64,000 nucleotides of DNA, taken from contig NC_087461.1 of assembly GCF_036321535.1 (NCBI RefSeq), forward strand, positions 19,468,001-19,532,000, in the 5' to 3' direction. The position numbers and the translations under genes are program-made. The notes below the pieces were generated by a model. It was not told the DNA's origin. It worked only from the letters and a program-made list of their open reading frames with translations, and made no database searches. This document shows, one piece after another, positions 1 to 13,111 of this stretch. The stretch's first letter is position 1. Each line of letters begins with the position of its first letter. Source of the stretch: Camelus dromedarius. Its lineage: Eukaryota.

Positions 1-411
1 CCAAAATTTTATGGTTTATTTGTTCTTGCAGTGAAGCCTATCCTATCCTTGCTAACTTAAAGTCTGCCCTATTTTTTTTTGAAGTGCGTGGCGGAGGAGG
101 GAGAGGGTGGAGGTGGGCTGCAGGTGCCTGTTCTGCTCTGCGCAAGTCTAGTGCAGTGAGGTGCTAGGGGTGTCAGGGAGCTGACAGAAAGGAACCGTGG
201 GTATAGGAGCATGAAGTATCTCTGTGCTGTATGGTGTTGCACCGCGATTGCCTGCATTCCCCAAGACACGGGCCTTGTGACTGATTCGGGTGTGAGAGAA
301 ACACTTAGCAAGAATGATCAAGTATGGTCTTCCCTCCCTTGAAACAAATTTCAGTGTTGATTCTGAAAAAGCCTTTAGGTATTTGACCCTATTCATTACT
401 TTTATATTCTT

Positions 412-521
412 TTTTTTTTATTTTATTGATTTATAATCATTTTACAGTGTTGTGTCAAATTCCAGTGTAGAGCACAATTTTTCAGTCATACATGAACATA
501 TATATATTCATTGTCACATTT
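412..521 (-). mobile_element. Very short L1 3'-end insertion (about 110 bp)
   Basis: Poly-T followed by the reverse complement of the same terminal segment seen at 25200-25440; perfect 16-bp TSD ttacttttatattctt (396-411 and 522-537). Confidence 0.85.
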
Positions 522-1914
522 TTACTTTTATATTCTTGAGAGCATATAATGTACAATTTTATACTCTGCTTTTATTCACTTTAATATAACATTTCATCAT
601 GTTTTAACCAAACTCTGCAAGGCTCAGTGATGTGGCTTTATCAGCATGAACCTGAGTGATCAAGCAGTGGGAATTTTAAATCCTGCCTCAAGTTGCCCTT
701 CCTTTGAGCAGAACTGGGCTAGGAGCCCAAGTGGAATCTCTTCTTGGAAATAGACTGACCTGTGCGATGTCTGGCTCTTGATGAAGATGCCTGCCTGCAG
801 GATGGATATTCTGGGAGGGCTAGCAAGTCAGTAGTTAACTAGTCCTCTGTTGAGTAGGTGCAGCCATCAGTTTTGGATGGAACTGCAACATCTTCTGCAT
901 TTTCTCAGCGCCTTCTGTTTTGGTCTGCTTCAGGGAAGGCAGATCTGCAGCAGTGGTGCCCTGGCCCCTTACAGACATTTAATTGCATATTGTGGCTTCA
1001 CCAGATCCAGATCTCAAAGCAAAGCTGTCAGGTCTCCAGCCAGCAGTTGAAGGGAGAGCACCTGAGGCCAATGCAAACTCAGATCATCTTTTAAATAACT
1101 GGTTGTGGTTCATATGCACAGACAGACAAATACATCTTTTCATTCTTCCTTGAAAGTCCTACTAATGGTAGCCAGGCATCTGTCTGGGTACTTTGGGGAC
1201 AAAATAAGGATTAATATCTAATCAACAGGCATTTCACAGGGTTTCTCAAAATTTTGCAGTAGTGCTGAATGGCTTTTCGTTGGCCTCCCAGTTTCATTTC
1301 TCTCTCCTTTAGCTGATTTGAGTAAACTGTGGGAGTGCCGTGTAGAAAGATAATCTTCACGTGACCCCAGACTTAATTTTGTTTCCACCAACTATCTTGT
1401 TTTGGTAAGGCACCAACAGGGCCCAGTTTAAGACACAGTCACTCTGTCCTCAGCTGCCGTCTGAGTCCTTTATGCAACCTGCATATTTAGATGTTGAGGT
1501 GATGAGGATGTCTTACCCAACTGTTCACGACAAGGTTAATAACGTCTAGTTAGGGCATATTTAAAGAAAAAATGGATTAAATTCCTGAATAAAGTAATGT
1601 AAAAATGATATGCATGTGCTAAATCATGGGATTTATGTACTTAATGATCGACACAGAAGAGGAATGCCAATCCACAGCAGCACGTGGGGGGAGCCCGTGT
1701 GGAAGGAGCAGCAGGCCTGCGGAGCTTCGTGGGGAATCTGGAAGCAGGGCTGCTCTTACTTCCTGGCGGGTGCTTCTAAAGCTGGAGAGCTGGAGGGACT
1801 GCTCCGGCAGGAGTGTGGGGTGGCAGGATAGCAAGTGGACCTGAGTTACGGTAGCTCCGCTGTGGACACCAGCGTGAGCGCCACGTGACTTAAATTGGAT
1901 AAAGCATTCTCCAA

Positions 1915-2235
1915 ACAGTAGGTGACAACATAAAGGAAAAGTTTGACAAATTTACATATGACACTGGATGCACAAAGTGAAACAGAAAACATATCAAGAA
2001 GTCTTTGCATCAAATGTAAGAGTTAATACTATGAAATATTTTTAAAATTCATCCAGATTTTAGGGGAAATGTCAAAACATGAGCAAATACGTAGCCAAGG
2101 AAATGAGAAACAGTTCATACAAGGAAGAAGGAATATAAACCATCTGGTGGAAAATTGTTCTTCATTAAGATATTCTTAAGGACTTACAGAGAACATTTAA
2201 AAAATCATACTATCCATTATTTGGTTATTTGGATG
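1915..2235 (+). mobile_element. Old L1 (L1M-type) fragment
   Basis: A-rich, weak resemblance to the ORF2 3' region (aacagttcatacaaggaagaa, aaatcatactatcc). Confidence 0.45.
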
Positions 2236-2482
2236 GTAATTTAAATGAACCTTTTAGAACTCCATGAGTACTCCTCATTCATCAGAGCTGAGCTGGAGAG
2301 GTGATGCCCGGCTGGAAGATGCGAGGGCAGGTGTTGACTGAAGCCTCCCCTGGGAGGGCAGGAAGCCAGGATGCTGCAGATGCAGGCTGACAAGCCCCAC
2401 CTGTCAGCGCCAAGAGGCTGAGTCGGGCCGGCGGTGGGGTTCACGGCTGCGCGCTGTGTGCCAGGCATGGCATGAGCTCTTA

Positions 2483-2600
2483 TTCACATTTTCTCGTTGG
2501 ACCTTTACTGCAACACTAGGATGTAGGTTCTACCAGTATTCTCGCTTTTCAGGTAAGAAAACCAAGGCTTGGGGATCGGAGTAGAGTCAGCTACCAGCCC
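2483..2600 (-). mobile_element. MIR SINE fragment
   Basis: Weak match to the MIR core (caacactaggatgtaggt...ttttcaggtaagaaaaccaaggc). Confidence 0.5.
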
Positions 2601-2943
2601 GCACATCAGTAAGGAAGTGTGTAGCATTCAGTCACGATTGCCAAGGCTCTGTGGAAGTGCAAGGACACGCATAGTGCCAAGTGGGAACAGCAAAAAACCA
2701 AGTGTGTGCAGCAGGGTAGTTTTATCTGTGAAAATACGTGTCATTGTGGAGGATCACGTGCAAACAGCAAGGGCGGTTGCAGCCTAGTGTGTGTCAGAGA
2801 TGGCCCTGGGTGAGGTGTGTGCCTCCCACATAAGTCAGAGGAGGAGCGTCAGCTACTTACTAAAACATGTTTTTTATCAATGACCCTAGTTTTTGTTCCA
2901 GTGGCACTGTCAGTGGTTAATCCCTCTTGCTTTGTCACTCAAG

Positions 2944-3054
2944 GTGGAGCTGGTATTCCCCAACAATGACCCTGCAGCATCCATGGTGGCTTTCTATGGC
3001 TGCCTGCTGGCTGAAGACGTTCCCTTGCCCATCGAAGTGCCCCTCACGCAAAAG
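2944..3054 (+). pseudogene. DIP2C: DIP2C exon 10 (111 nt)
   Basis: cactcaag|GTG...AAG|gtaaag; VELVFPNNDPAASMVAFYGCLLAEDVPLPIEVPLTQK vs recalled human VALVFPNNDPAAFMAAFYGCLLAEVVPVPIEVPLTRK. Confidence 0.93.
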
Positions 3055-6000
3055 GTAAAGAACTGGATGTCCGCTCGGCTGTGCCGGAACGTTCTGTTGT
3101 GGGGTCAGACACCTAGGGTGTCTCACTGGTTCTCAGCAGAGGGGCAGCACTGACACCATGGCGTAGCTCAGCTGCCAGGCGAGCAGAGGTGGACCTGCCT
3201 TGCCGGAGCTAAGTGATCCGCTAGTGAGCACGGGTTCCAGGATCCCGTTCCTCCATGTCACTCCACTGAAACCTGGGTAAACGAGGGATTTTCACTTACT
3301 TTTATTTCAGGGGTCATGGTTGTTGCATTTGTTCAGGTGCTCAGACATTGTCAAGTCCCAGGCTCACCTATGATTTGTCAGATCTTACTCTGTAACTAGA
3401 ATAAATCACTAATCTTGCTGTTACAGAGTAGGCCAGTGTCAGGAATGAACTTTGTGCACATCCTGCACAACAGTGTGTGTGTCTTTGTCCTTGTGAATAG
3501 CACGTCTCCCACTGCCACTTTCCTGTAGAAAATGATTGTGGAATGGCTGCTGTATCCGTTTCTTGGGTACAAAATCTGCACATTCCCTGCTTGGCCTCCT
3601 GGGCGTGTGCAAGTATCAAGGGGGCTGCGGGCGGCCCCCGAAGGGGGGAGAGTGAGCCCTGCAGCCCTGGACCCCAGAACCCCCCCAGTGCCCTGAGGAG
3701 GAAGCACTGGCATCTGCAAGGTTTGCCTCCAGCACCTCACCTGCCTGCAGTCCTGGGGGCAGGCCCAGTGTGTCTCACTGGCGTGTCCTAGGCTTCTGAG
3801 ACTTGCCTGCCAGCTGTCTCTGTCATCCCAGGCTGTGACCTCCCAGGTCCACTCACACCTTCATGGTGTCACTCTGGATCTCAGGACCAAAAAGCCCCTC
3901 TTGGAAGAAACAGTGGTTCCCTCCTGGCCCCCTCTCCCTAACGTTGTGCTGGGACAAAGCAAGAGGCACCAGATTCTCAGGGAGCCGGAAGCTGTGCATT
4001 GGGCCTCGGTCTGTGACATCAGGGATGACATTCATTCTTAGAAATCTTCATATTTTTAAATAAAAGAATCTGTGGGTGTGGTGCCGTTCAGCCTGGGCTA
4101 AGGTGTGCACGTGAGCATAGGTGATGAAGTTTATGGCTCCTCTGTCCACCTGTCCTGTGCCCAGCAGGCCTGTCTCAAAATAAAGGGCCTAAAGATAACC
4201 AAATTTTCCAAATCCTAACTGTTGCTTAATGACCCTCACCAAAGTCTCCAGCCCAATGTACGTGTATTTCTTCCCTGTTCTGATTCTTGGGGTGAAAGGA
4301 GAGGAGTTCATAGCAGGAGAAGTCAGGGTTTCTCCAACAGTTGAGCCGTGTAGTGGACAGGCCGAGAGAGGCACCTGCAGACGTCTGTGCTGTGATGGGC
4401 AGATCTGGACAGGGCCGGCCAGTCCTCTTGAGCTGGCCAAGCAGATTTCCCTCTGCCCCCACCCCACTCCGGGGAGAAGCAAGGCCATCAGGGGCTGCGG
4501 TTGTGCGTATTCTGAGTGCCGTAGGACCGGAGACACAGGGGGCCCTGAGGCCACAGTCGTCCAGCCGGGCAGGGCCTGGCCCATCAGTGCTGGCCTCTGT
4601 GTAGCTGGAGCAGCAGGACGCCTCTGCTCGGGGGAGTCTCCTGTGAGAGGCACCACCTCCAGGAGGCTCACCGTCCTGCACCGATGGAGACCGTCTTCCC
4701 TAGATTCTAGCACATGGCCCATTTGTTTGCTTTAATAAGGGTTTCACATATCCTGTTAGAGTGGAACATCTCTGGAGGGAGGAACAGTGATGTCTTGTCC
4801 CATACTTAAAACCTCATGTGAAGCAGCCCATGAGCCCTCCCCCGGGAGTGCGTTTTCCTACAGGAAATCAGAGGGAGTCAGTGGGGAGGGAAGGAAACGG
4901 GGCAGCCAGAGGGGAAGGTCCACCCAGCTGATGCGTTTGTGGGATTTGTCTTAGAATTCTCCAGTCTGCATGTGTGCCTGTGTTTAGGGTAAGAGACGAG
5001 ACCAGATGTACCAGATGTTGATCACTGTTGAAGCCAATGATGGGTACATAGGATTCTTTCTCCTTTTCTCTACCTTTGTGTGTGCTTGGAAATTTCCATT
5101 ATAAATAAAAAGTTCAAAATTAATTGGCAAAAAATACATTAATGACATATTTGTGTTGGTATTGATAAGGAAAATCCCTGGTGTCAGATTTCTTTGATCC
5201 ACTTGATTATGTGGCCGTAATAATCTTCAGACTGACTGGTCTCCAGCCTGCCCTGTGCGGACCCTGCAGGGCAGTGCGTCTGGAGTTCAGCTCTCCTTTT
5301 TGTCTCTGTGTTACTGTCTTCCCCCACCCCCTGAGGCTGCCAGCTGATAGGTCGGGGATCTGGGCGGACAGGGGTCAAAACTGAGTGAGCACCAGTTGGT
5401 AGTTGTGGGGCCACAAGCTCTTGACTGAGACTTTCCGTGAACTCACCTCACATTTATTAGGGAGAGAATCCTTTTCAGGGTAGGATTGATGCTTTCTGTC
5501 TGGGAGACTGAGATGGAGTTGGGGCAGGGGTGACAGTGGAGTGCCCCAGAAGTTACCTGCAGAGCCTGCGGGTGCAGAGAGACTGCCTGGCAAGGGACCT
5601 ACTGACGCAGCTCCTGTACTGGAGAACGATTGGAAGAGAAAGAAGGCTTTTAACTCAGGTGTGGTCCAGCTCTTTGTGAACAACAAAAGAGTCCTTCGTG
5701 AGAACTTGTGGTCCTTGATGGCTCAGCTCTTCAGAGGAAGGGCCGGCCCCCAGCCCAGGCCAGAAACAAGCCATTCCAGGGAAAGGCACCCAGGAAACAC
5801 AGGGGGAAGTGTCAGGGCCCGAGAGCTCCAGCCGGGAGGGGCAGTTCCTTTTCTTCCCAAGAGGGAGTCTATCCGACAGTGGCATGGGCTTTCGCATATC
5901 ATGGCTCAGGACCCTGTCCCCAGGTCCCTTTTGGGACTGGGGGCTCTGCTTCAGGTTCTGGGGTCAAGATGGGTTTAGTTTCAGGGACCCCAGCACAGGC

Positions 6001-7347
6001 AGGAGACACTCCGGCCACTCTGAGAGCCGGTGCGGGGTCTCATCTCAGCCTGACGGGGTGGGTGCGTGGGGCTGTTTCTGCAAAGCTGGTGACTGACTGG
6101 GGCTCCAAGTGGGAGTTTCCAGACCAAGAGGACAGGGAGGAGCAGGCGTGGAAGATGAGGTTCCCAGAACCTGCGGGTCTGGGTGCCGCCGCTCTCGTCC
6201 CTTCCTCTGTAACTGAGGGTCTTTAGGGCAGACATTAGGAAGACAGGCCCAGGGGACAGCAGGCCTCCATGTGAGCCGTGGCAGTCGCCCCTGTGCTCCC
6301 TCTCCTGAGCCACTCCGAGTGGTCTTCCCTTGACTGTCCCAGAAATTCACACTCACGGAGGAACGCCCTCCTGCCGCTAACCCTGGCGTCAGAACTTGTC
6401 TCCCTGCCCCTTTTCGAGGTCATGGCTTTTGGCAATGTGATTTTCAAATTCACGCTGGAGTGACTGAAAAAGCACTGCTTGAAGGAAAAGTCCCCCAGGG
6501 GCCCTGGAAATGGCACAGTCCCCGTCCGCCGAGTGCCAGGGCTACAAGGGCGTGGGGGGCTGGCTGTGATAATTCCACGTGGAGAGATGTAGCTTTTATA
6601 TGTTTGGTGAGACTGGTGTGAAGCAGCCCCTTGGACGAGCAGTTGATGCTGAGGCTGCCGGTTTTACGCAGGTGAGAACCGCCTTCTCACGTGAGAGGGA
6701 AGACGGTGTCAGCTCAGAGTCCTGACGCCTCTGTTCTAGGAGTGCTGGCTGCTTCCTGCTTCATCTTATTCTCTGACTCGTAGCCGCTGGGAGTGCTGGG
6801 AGCGAAGAGAGTGCGTTGAGCTGGCTTGTGGGTGGCTGGGTTCCATCAGCCCCAGCACACTTGGTTCCCACAGCACCCGCCCCGAGCCATGCTGGTCACG
6901 CAGAGACCCCAAGGCTTGTGCCCCAGAGCCCTCACTCCACAGGATGGGCATGCTCTTCATGTCTGTGGTCCACGTGGGTGTCCAGCCCACCAGGCCAGAT
7001 GTGGTCAGAGATTTTCTGGGGTGCAGAGGCATGTTCTTGGACCCTCTCTGTCCCTCAGTCATAGTCTCGCACAGCTGGAGGGAGCGCCAGCCCGTACCGC
7101 GCACCTTGTGGGCTCTCCTGGCGTGTCCCTCCCAGCAGGCTCAGGAGATGGCTGTGCTTTACCCTCACAGCACACATGAGGAGCCAGGGCCAAGCTAGTG
7201 CCCTGTTCACGCAGGTCACACAGCTGGCAGGTGCATCCCTGTCGTCAGGGAGGTTTGTGCCATCCCAGGGCCCAAGAGCAAGCCAGGTTTGCTGGGAGAG
7301 CAGCACCACCGTTTCTTGTTACCCTTCCCCCCTTGCCGCCCTCCCAG

Positions 7348-7471
7348 GACGCAGGCAGCCAGCAGATCGGGTTCTTGCTGGGAAGCTGTGGGGTGACGGT
7401 AGCCTTGACGAGTGATGTCTGCCACAAAGGGCTGCCAAAAAATCCGACCGGGGAGATCCCACAGTTCAAAG
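7348..7471 (+). pseudogene. DIP2C: DIP2C exon 11 (124 nt)
   Basis: ctcccag|GAC...AAAG|gtgagc; DAGSQQIGFLLGSCGVTVALTSDVCHKGLPKNPTGEIPQFK. Confidence 0.95.
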
Positions 7472-7716
7472 GTGAGCCTTGGCCCCACACCCCCCTGCCC
7501 CGCACGAGTTCTCTGCCAGCATCCTGCGTGCGTTCAACCCGAGCCCTGAGATCCCGCTGCCGGGGCTGCGGCCCGTGGGCATGGTCTTAGACTCAGTGGA
7601 AACCCCGGGGGTCAGCCTGGCTGTGCATTGTAAAGCAGGCAGCCAGCAGGAAGGTGGTGGTCACACCTGTCTTCTGGAGATGCTTGTCTAACAGGAGTTT
7701 GTCCTTTATTCCCAAG

Positions 7717-7826
7717 GTTGGCCAAAGCTCTTATGGTTTGTCACAGAGTCAAAATTTCCCTCTAAACCTCCTCGGGATTGGTTCCCACACATTAAGGATG
7801 CAAATAATGACACTGCATATATCAAG
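7717..7826 (+). pseudogene. DIP2C: DIP2C exon 12 (110 nt)
   Basis: cccaag|GTTGG...ATCAAG|gtgaat; GWPKLLWFVTESKFPSKPPRDWFPHIKDANNDTAYIK. Confidence 0.95.
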
Positions 7827-7948
7827 GTGAATCGCTGGGTCTGGATGAGGTTGGGGAACTGAGCAACAAGTACTGTTATGGGTCAGGGCCCGGGGTCACT
7901 GGTGGTGTGGGCCCTCGCTTCACCCCGACATCACCACCACCATTGCAG

Positions 7949-8051
7949 TACAAGACATGCAAGGACGGAAGCGTGCTCGGGGTGACTGTGACCGGGATCG
8001 CATTTCTCACCCACTGCCAGGCCCTCACCCAGGCCTGTGGCTACATGGAAG
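7949..8051 (+). pseudogene. DIP2C: DIP2C exon 13 (103 nt)
   Basis: attgcag|TAC...GAAG|gtacag; YKTCKDGSVLGVTVTGIAFLTHCQALTQACGYME. Confidence 0.95.
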
Positions 8052-8184
8052 GTACAGGCAGGTCCTTCCTGTGGGACCCTGACCCCAGCCCTGTGGGATG
8101 TGCATTGTTCCCACTAGTTACAAATGGGGAGTTGTGATGAGTTTGCACCCGGCTGCATGGAAAGTCAGTTTGTCGGATTGTTCA

Positions 8185-8524
8185 GTTAGTGTCTTTGCCC
8201 TGGTGGCTAACGGACACTGCAGACCGCGGCTTAAACAACCGACATGGCTGTTTCACAGTCTAGAGGCCGAAGTCTGAGATCCAGTGCCGGAGGGTTGGTC
8301 TGCGGACAGTGCCTCCTCGCTGTGTCCTCACACGGCCTCTGCTGTATGTGTGAGCAGAGAGCTCTGATGTCTGCTCCTCTTCTTGGAAGGACCCTAGTCC
8401 TCTTGGATCAGCCCCCACCCTGTGACTTTAGTTCTTTCCTTAGAGCCCCATCTCCAGACACAGACATACTTGGGGTTAGGGCTTCAATGTGGGAATTTGG
8501 GAGAAAACAGTTGAGGTTCTAACA
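8185..8524 (-). mobile_element. MaLR LTR (MLT1A/B-like)
   Basis: ggcttaaacaac...cacagtctagaggccgaagtctgagatc...cttggggttagggcttcaatgtgggaatttggg...ctaaca matches recalled MLT1 consensus motifs. Confidence 0.75.
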
Positions 8525-9744
8525 GATAGTTGACACCATTGGTATGTGTTAATGCCTGGGTGCAGGTCAGAATGTCTTCGGGAGTTTTAAAAAAAGTGCC
8601 CACGCTTCAGCCACCACCCTCTACCAGCTGACTCGGGGATTCTGGGGCTGGGTTCCACGGTCAGAGAACTGGTTTCTTGATGTGCTTTTTTTGCCGTTTG
8701 GGATGGTCCTGCGGGCCCAGAGCTAGGGTGACCAGAGGTAACCAGGTTGACAATGCTGACGGGCTCATGGAAGGAAGGGTCAGGCCATGTACCCTCCGCT
8801 CCTTCTGCTGGAGCATCTGGGATCAGGGCGCCACCTGAGCCACGTCGCAGGCGCCCACCGTGCTGGAACCTTTGCGGTGCGGAGGAAGCTGGTGTGGCAT
8901 CTGTCACACGCTGTGGAAGGAGATGCTTCCCTCTTTTTGCTGTTCTCGTTCTCTCGCTCCCTCCATCCCTCTGTCGTCTCCCCTTTTAGGGGCAGTTCAC
9001 TTGTCTCGCAGAGATGTTCTCCTGATGTTTGGTCTCTGGGCTAGTTTCCCAGATGCTTTCAACACGTCGAGACACGTCTCCTCTAACCATCACACCCTTG
9101 CGTCGGTGTATTCAGTTTTAGCCCCAGCTTTTCTTATAAGCTCATGACCTGTATTCCTTGCCCTAATTTCTTGAAGATCCAGGGCTGTTGCTCTTGAAGG
9201 GCGGGGGAGGAAAGATACATGTATTTACTCCGTTTATCCACTTTAAAAAATCTCACATAAAATAGGACACAGGCTGTGTGTTTTGAACATCTGTCTTCGA
9301 AAGGGGTGAGGCACACGGGACTGAAGCTTTGGTGAGCGTTCTGGTGAGCGTTTGCTGGAAATCACCAGTTCCTGCAAATACTCAGTGTTTCCTTCTCCTT
9401 CCTGCATGTGTGATGGAAATGAAAAGAATCTTTTAAAAAAGAATGGGCATGGAGAAGGAAAGCAAATATACAAAAAGAGAAGGAGCAAGGTGTTTTAAGT
9501 GATGGTGTGACGAGCCGTTGCTGTTAGGTTACGTGTCAGAATTTCACCTGGAAGCACTTTCCAGGTGGGCCAGCATTTTTAAATGGCTCTGACTGGAGGC
9601 TGAGGCATTTATGCAAAGACAGAGTGAAATGGTATTTTCCCAAAACCCATTATTTCCCACTGATGTGATACTGTGTTTTCTTTGTCCTTTGGTCTGCGCT
9701 CATCTTTTGTAAGTAAAAATCTTTGACTCTTTTTATTTGTATAG

Positions 9745-9809
9745 CTGAAATGATTGTGAATGTGTTGTATTTCAAGAAAGACGCTGGGCTCTGGCATGGA
9801 ATCCTAACA
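9745..9809 (+). pseudogene. DIP2C: DIP2C exon 14 (65 nt)
   Basis: ttgtatag|CTGAA...CTAACA|gtaagt; AEMIVNVLYFKKDAGLWHGILT. Confidence 0.93.
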
Positions 9810-11196
9810 GTAAGTGTGGCGCCTGCCCCACTGTGTCCTGTTTACCTTTGAATGTGCTCAGTGTCGGGGTTAGAGTTGTGATCTGTGTGCGGTGCGTCCT
9901 GAGGAAGCCCCTTCCTCCCCTGTTATAAAGAAAAGCCGCCATTGTTAGAAGTGTTAAGTTGTCAGCTGACACAACTCCCAGAAGCACAGCAAACCAGTGA
10001 ATCAGTAGCTCCTCGCCTGAGTCTTGGGCACGCACTCTGAGGTTTTGGCTGTAAGGGCCTTTCTCAGGCTCTGGAAGTTCAGTATCTTTCTCCCCACGGT
10101 TGCACTGAAGATGCACAGAAGTGATGTTGACGTCTCGCACGTGGGTCACTCTCCCGTACATCTGATTTGGCTGCCACATTCTTGTTTTTATTGCCTGTGA
10201 GTCATTGATAAATGAACATGTCAGTAATCTGCTGTTTCTTATGCTGCAGGGGAAAAGTATCTCACACGTTTTCCCCTTGGCCGAAACTTCAGCATGAGCT
10301 GTGTGGAATGTGTCTCACTGTCGCCAGTGTCACTTGGGCAGTGATGACCATTCAGAGCTGTAGGCATCTTTAATGGAGGGGTGACCGTATTACTTACGAC
10401 ATGCTCAGAGCTCAGGAAATGTGTGGTGTAGCTGCCGAGACGCTCACTGTGTCTGATTTATATATGATAATTTCCACTCACCCACTTTTCTTTTTAAGTT
10501 TCTTATTCTGAAATTATCTCTTCTGAAGGAAAAAAATTCTAGTTGTTTCATGTGAGTGATAGGAACATAAATACGGAAAGTGGGATTTGTTATTTCCTGA
10601 TAAACCAGAATTTGTTAGAATAAGAGCACGCAGGCATCGCACAGGCAGAAGCTGGGGCTCCGGCCCAGCCGGCTTCTTTCCCTGTGACCATCTGGACGCT
10701 GGTCAGTGAGACACAAGCACAGCCTGCACGCGCACTCCGGAGCCGGCTGGCGTCGGGGAGAGAGCGTGGCACAGCGCACCCTGGCTGGAACTCGGTCCCT
10801 CCTTCTGTAGCTTGTAGCTCCAGGCAGGTCACCTGTGCCCAAGAATCGTCTGCTGCCCAAGTTGCTCTGCACCTCAGTTTCCCTATCTGTCCAGGGGAAA
10901 TGACGACCCAGGGGCAGGAGCAGTGTTGAGAAAAGGGATGGATGGTTGGGCAGAGGCTCTGCTGTGGGTTAAACAGTGCTTCTTACTATCACTGACGCAG
11001 GAAAGTGGACCTCGTGACTAAGCCAGCAGACTGTGCGGTGCTGGGTCATAAAAAAACTTCCCCTCCTGGCGTCTCAGGTGCAACCTAAGTTCTTAAATCT
11101 TCCCATACCTGGCGTGTGTCACAGCTAGTCCAGCATTTTGCTTTCATGTGGCTTTTTACAAATAAAAACAGGTGTACTTTTAAATTATTACTCAGA

Positions 11197-11580
11197 GTAT
11201 TCGTTTGCTAGGTGCCTTTAAACAGTAGAAATTCACTACCCTGGTTCTGGAGTCTGGAAGTCTGAGGTGAAGGTGTCACAGAGTGGCTCCCTCCGGGGCT
11301 CTGAGAGAGACTGTGTTCCAGGCGCCTCTCCCGCTGCCGCTGGTGCCGCAGCCCTGGGCTTGCGGGTGCACCTCCCGGGCTCCGCCTCCCCCAGCCTGCC
11401 TTCTCCCTGCGTCTGTCTCTCTTGTCTCTTCTTAGAGGGATGCCAGTCATTGGATTTAGGGCCCCTCATCTTAACTCATCGCACCTGCAAGGGCCCCGTT
11501 TCCCAGGAAGGTCACACTTAAGGTTCACAAGGTCAGGACTGGGACACACCTTTGCGAGGGACACAAGCCAACCCATGGCA
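11197..11580 (-). mobile_element. MaLR LTR (MLT1B/C-like)
   Basis: gtattcgtttgctagg...gttctggagtctggaagtctgaggtgaaggtgtc...cagtcattggatttagggccc...ggtcacac...acccatggca. Confidence 0.75.
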
Positions 11581-13111
11581 GACACTGAGGGTTAAGGTTT
11601 CTGACTCTCACGTGGAGTCTTGATTGAGAATGGGGGTGAGGGTGTCCTGGCAGCAGAGGGTTCCTGCCTGGCTCCTCTGTCTTCCATCTCAAAGTGTCGA
11701 TTTGTTGGGGTCTTTAGAAAAGAAAAAGCCAAAGAGGGGATCAGTATCGATTCCAGTGTTTGGGGCACATTTCCAGGTATTTTCACGTGGGTCTTACTAT
11801 TTCAGAAGACTTCTTTTATATCCCGTCAGCGCTGTTCTTTTCTATTGTGACAGACAGAAAAGCTCTATTTTCAGACTTTCTTACGCTTCTTTATTTGTTT
11901 TTTAATTGAGATGTAATTGACATTGGACACACACTTCTTTCTAAAATGCACCAGTTACTTAATTCAAAGGAGATCTTTTTGCAAATTTTAACTTTTATGT
12001 TTGCCCATTTATGTTTTTAGTTTCATTATAAACCTTGTTGATATTTTAAGGCCAAGTAGGAAACTTCTATTTTAAGTCCATGTTTTAGATCCTAAAACTA
12101 CATTACGCACTTGTATGTGGAAAATTACAGAAAGAAATGTGATGTTTACCTGAATTGCACTCTCTAACTTTGCTCACACTGAAGAAACCTTAGTTTGCAG
12201 GGGTAAAGTCCATGTTCTTGGAAATGTGTTATTATTCACTGACTGTCAGAAGACGTTTATTGTGATATAATACACCAGGGGTGGGGTCCAGCAGTGACCA
12301 AAAGGAAACCCTGCCGCCCACAGGGAGCTCAGACCCTGATGGAGGCGGCCTGCATGGATGGTTAGATGATGCTTGCTGTGGAGACAGCAGTGGGCGGAGC
12401 TATTTTGGTGGAGGGATGAGCAGTGAAATATTGGGGCCACCTTGGAGGATAGTGAGGGAGAAAGCCACGTGGCCACCTGCCAGAAGAAGGTTCTGTGGAG
12501 GCAAGAGTAAGGGGCTTGAAGGGAGAGCAAGGCTGGATGCCACGTGGCCTTGGGAGGAACAGGGTGGAGGCGAGGCCGGGACAGCAGAGAAGGCAGAGCA
12601 TGGGAGTGGCAGGACTGTGCTTTCCCCAACACCTCACAACTCGTCTCATCAGACAATTCCCAATTCTCACAGGAACAACAGAGCACGTGCCTACACAATG
12701 CGCATCGGGCCTGGAGGCTGGATGCACTGAGCTGCCGTTTCTCCTCACTGCTGCCCTCTTTCTTGGGGATGGGATTCCCCTTCTTAGCACTTCTCAAACT
12801 TGGAAAATCCGACCTTGCAGAGAGAGGGAGTGGGGAATGGAGAATGGGCCGTCTGTGGTGGAGGCAGCGTGGTGAGGGAGCACTGCAGGGTCTTCATGCT
12901 TGAGGCACTTGGAGGTAGATGAGTCGATGTTAGTGTCCCCTAAACAGAGAGTGGGTGCTAAGAATGGTACGAGGACATGTGGCAGTCATGCTGGCTTTCA
13001 GAGGCCTTCAGGACCAAGGGTGCAGCCCCGGTCTGCGTGAAGCATGTTTACACACATGTCTGTGCTCTGACAGCTGGGGTGCTTCTAATCAGACACAAAC
13101 TGCTGTTACGG

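Noticed and set aside
3835-4041. ORF ending VHWASVCDIRDDIHS, superficially like DIP2C exon 16 (MHWALVAHRDQRDI)
   Set aside because: Only a few matching residues, no flanking similarity or splice sites, and the wrong position (between exons 10 and 11).
4189-6516. Cluster of overlapping 100-177 aa ORFs on both strands
   Set aside because: GC-rich intron 10 sequence giving Pro/Gly/Arg/Ser-rich translations in several frames, with no recognisable domain.
12464-12550. Two palindromic GCCACGTGGC E-boxes
   Set aside because: Short motifs with no independent evidence of a regulatory element.
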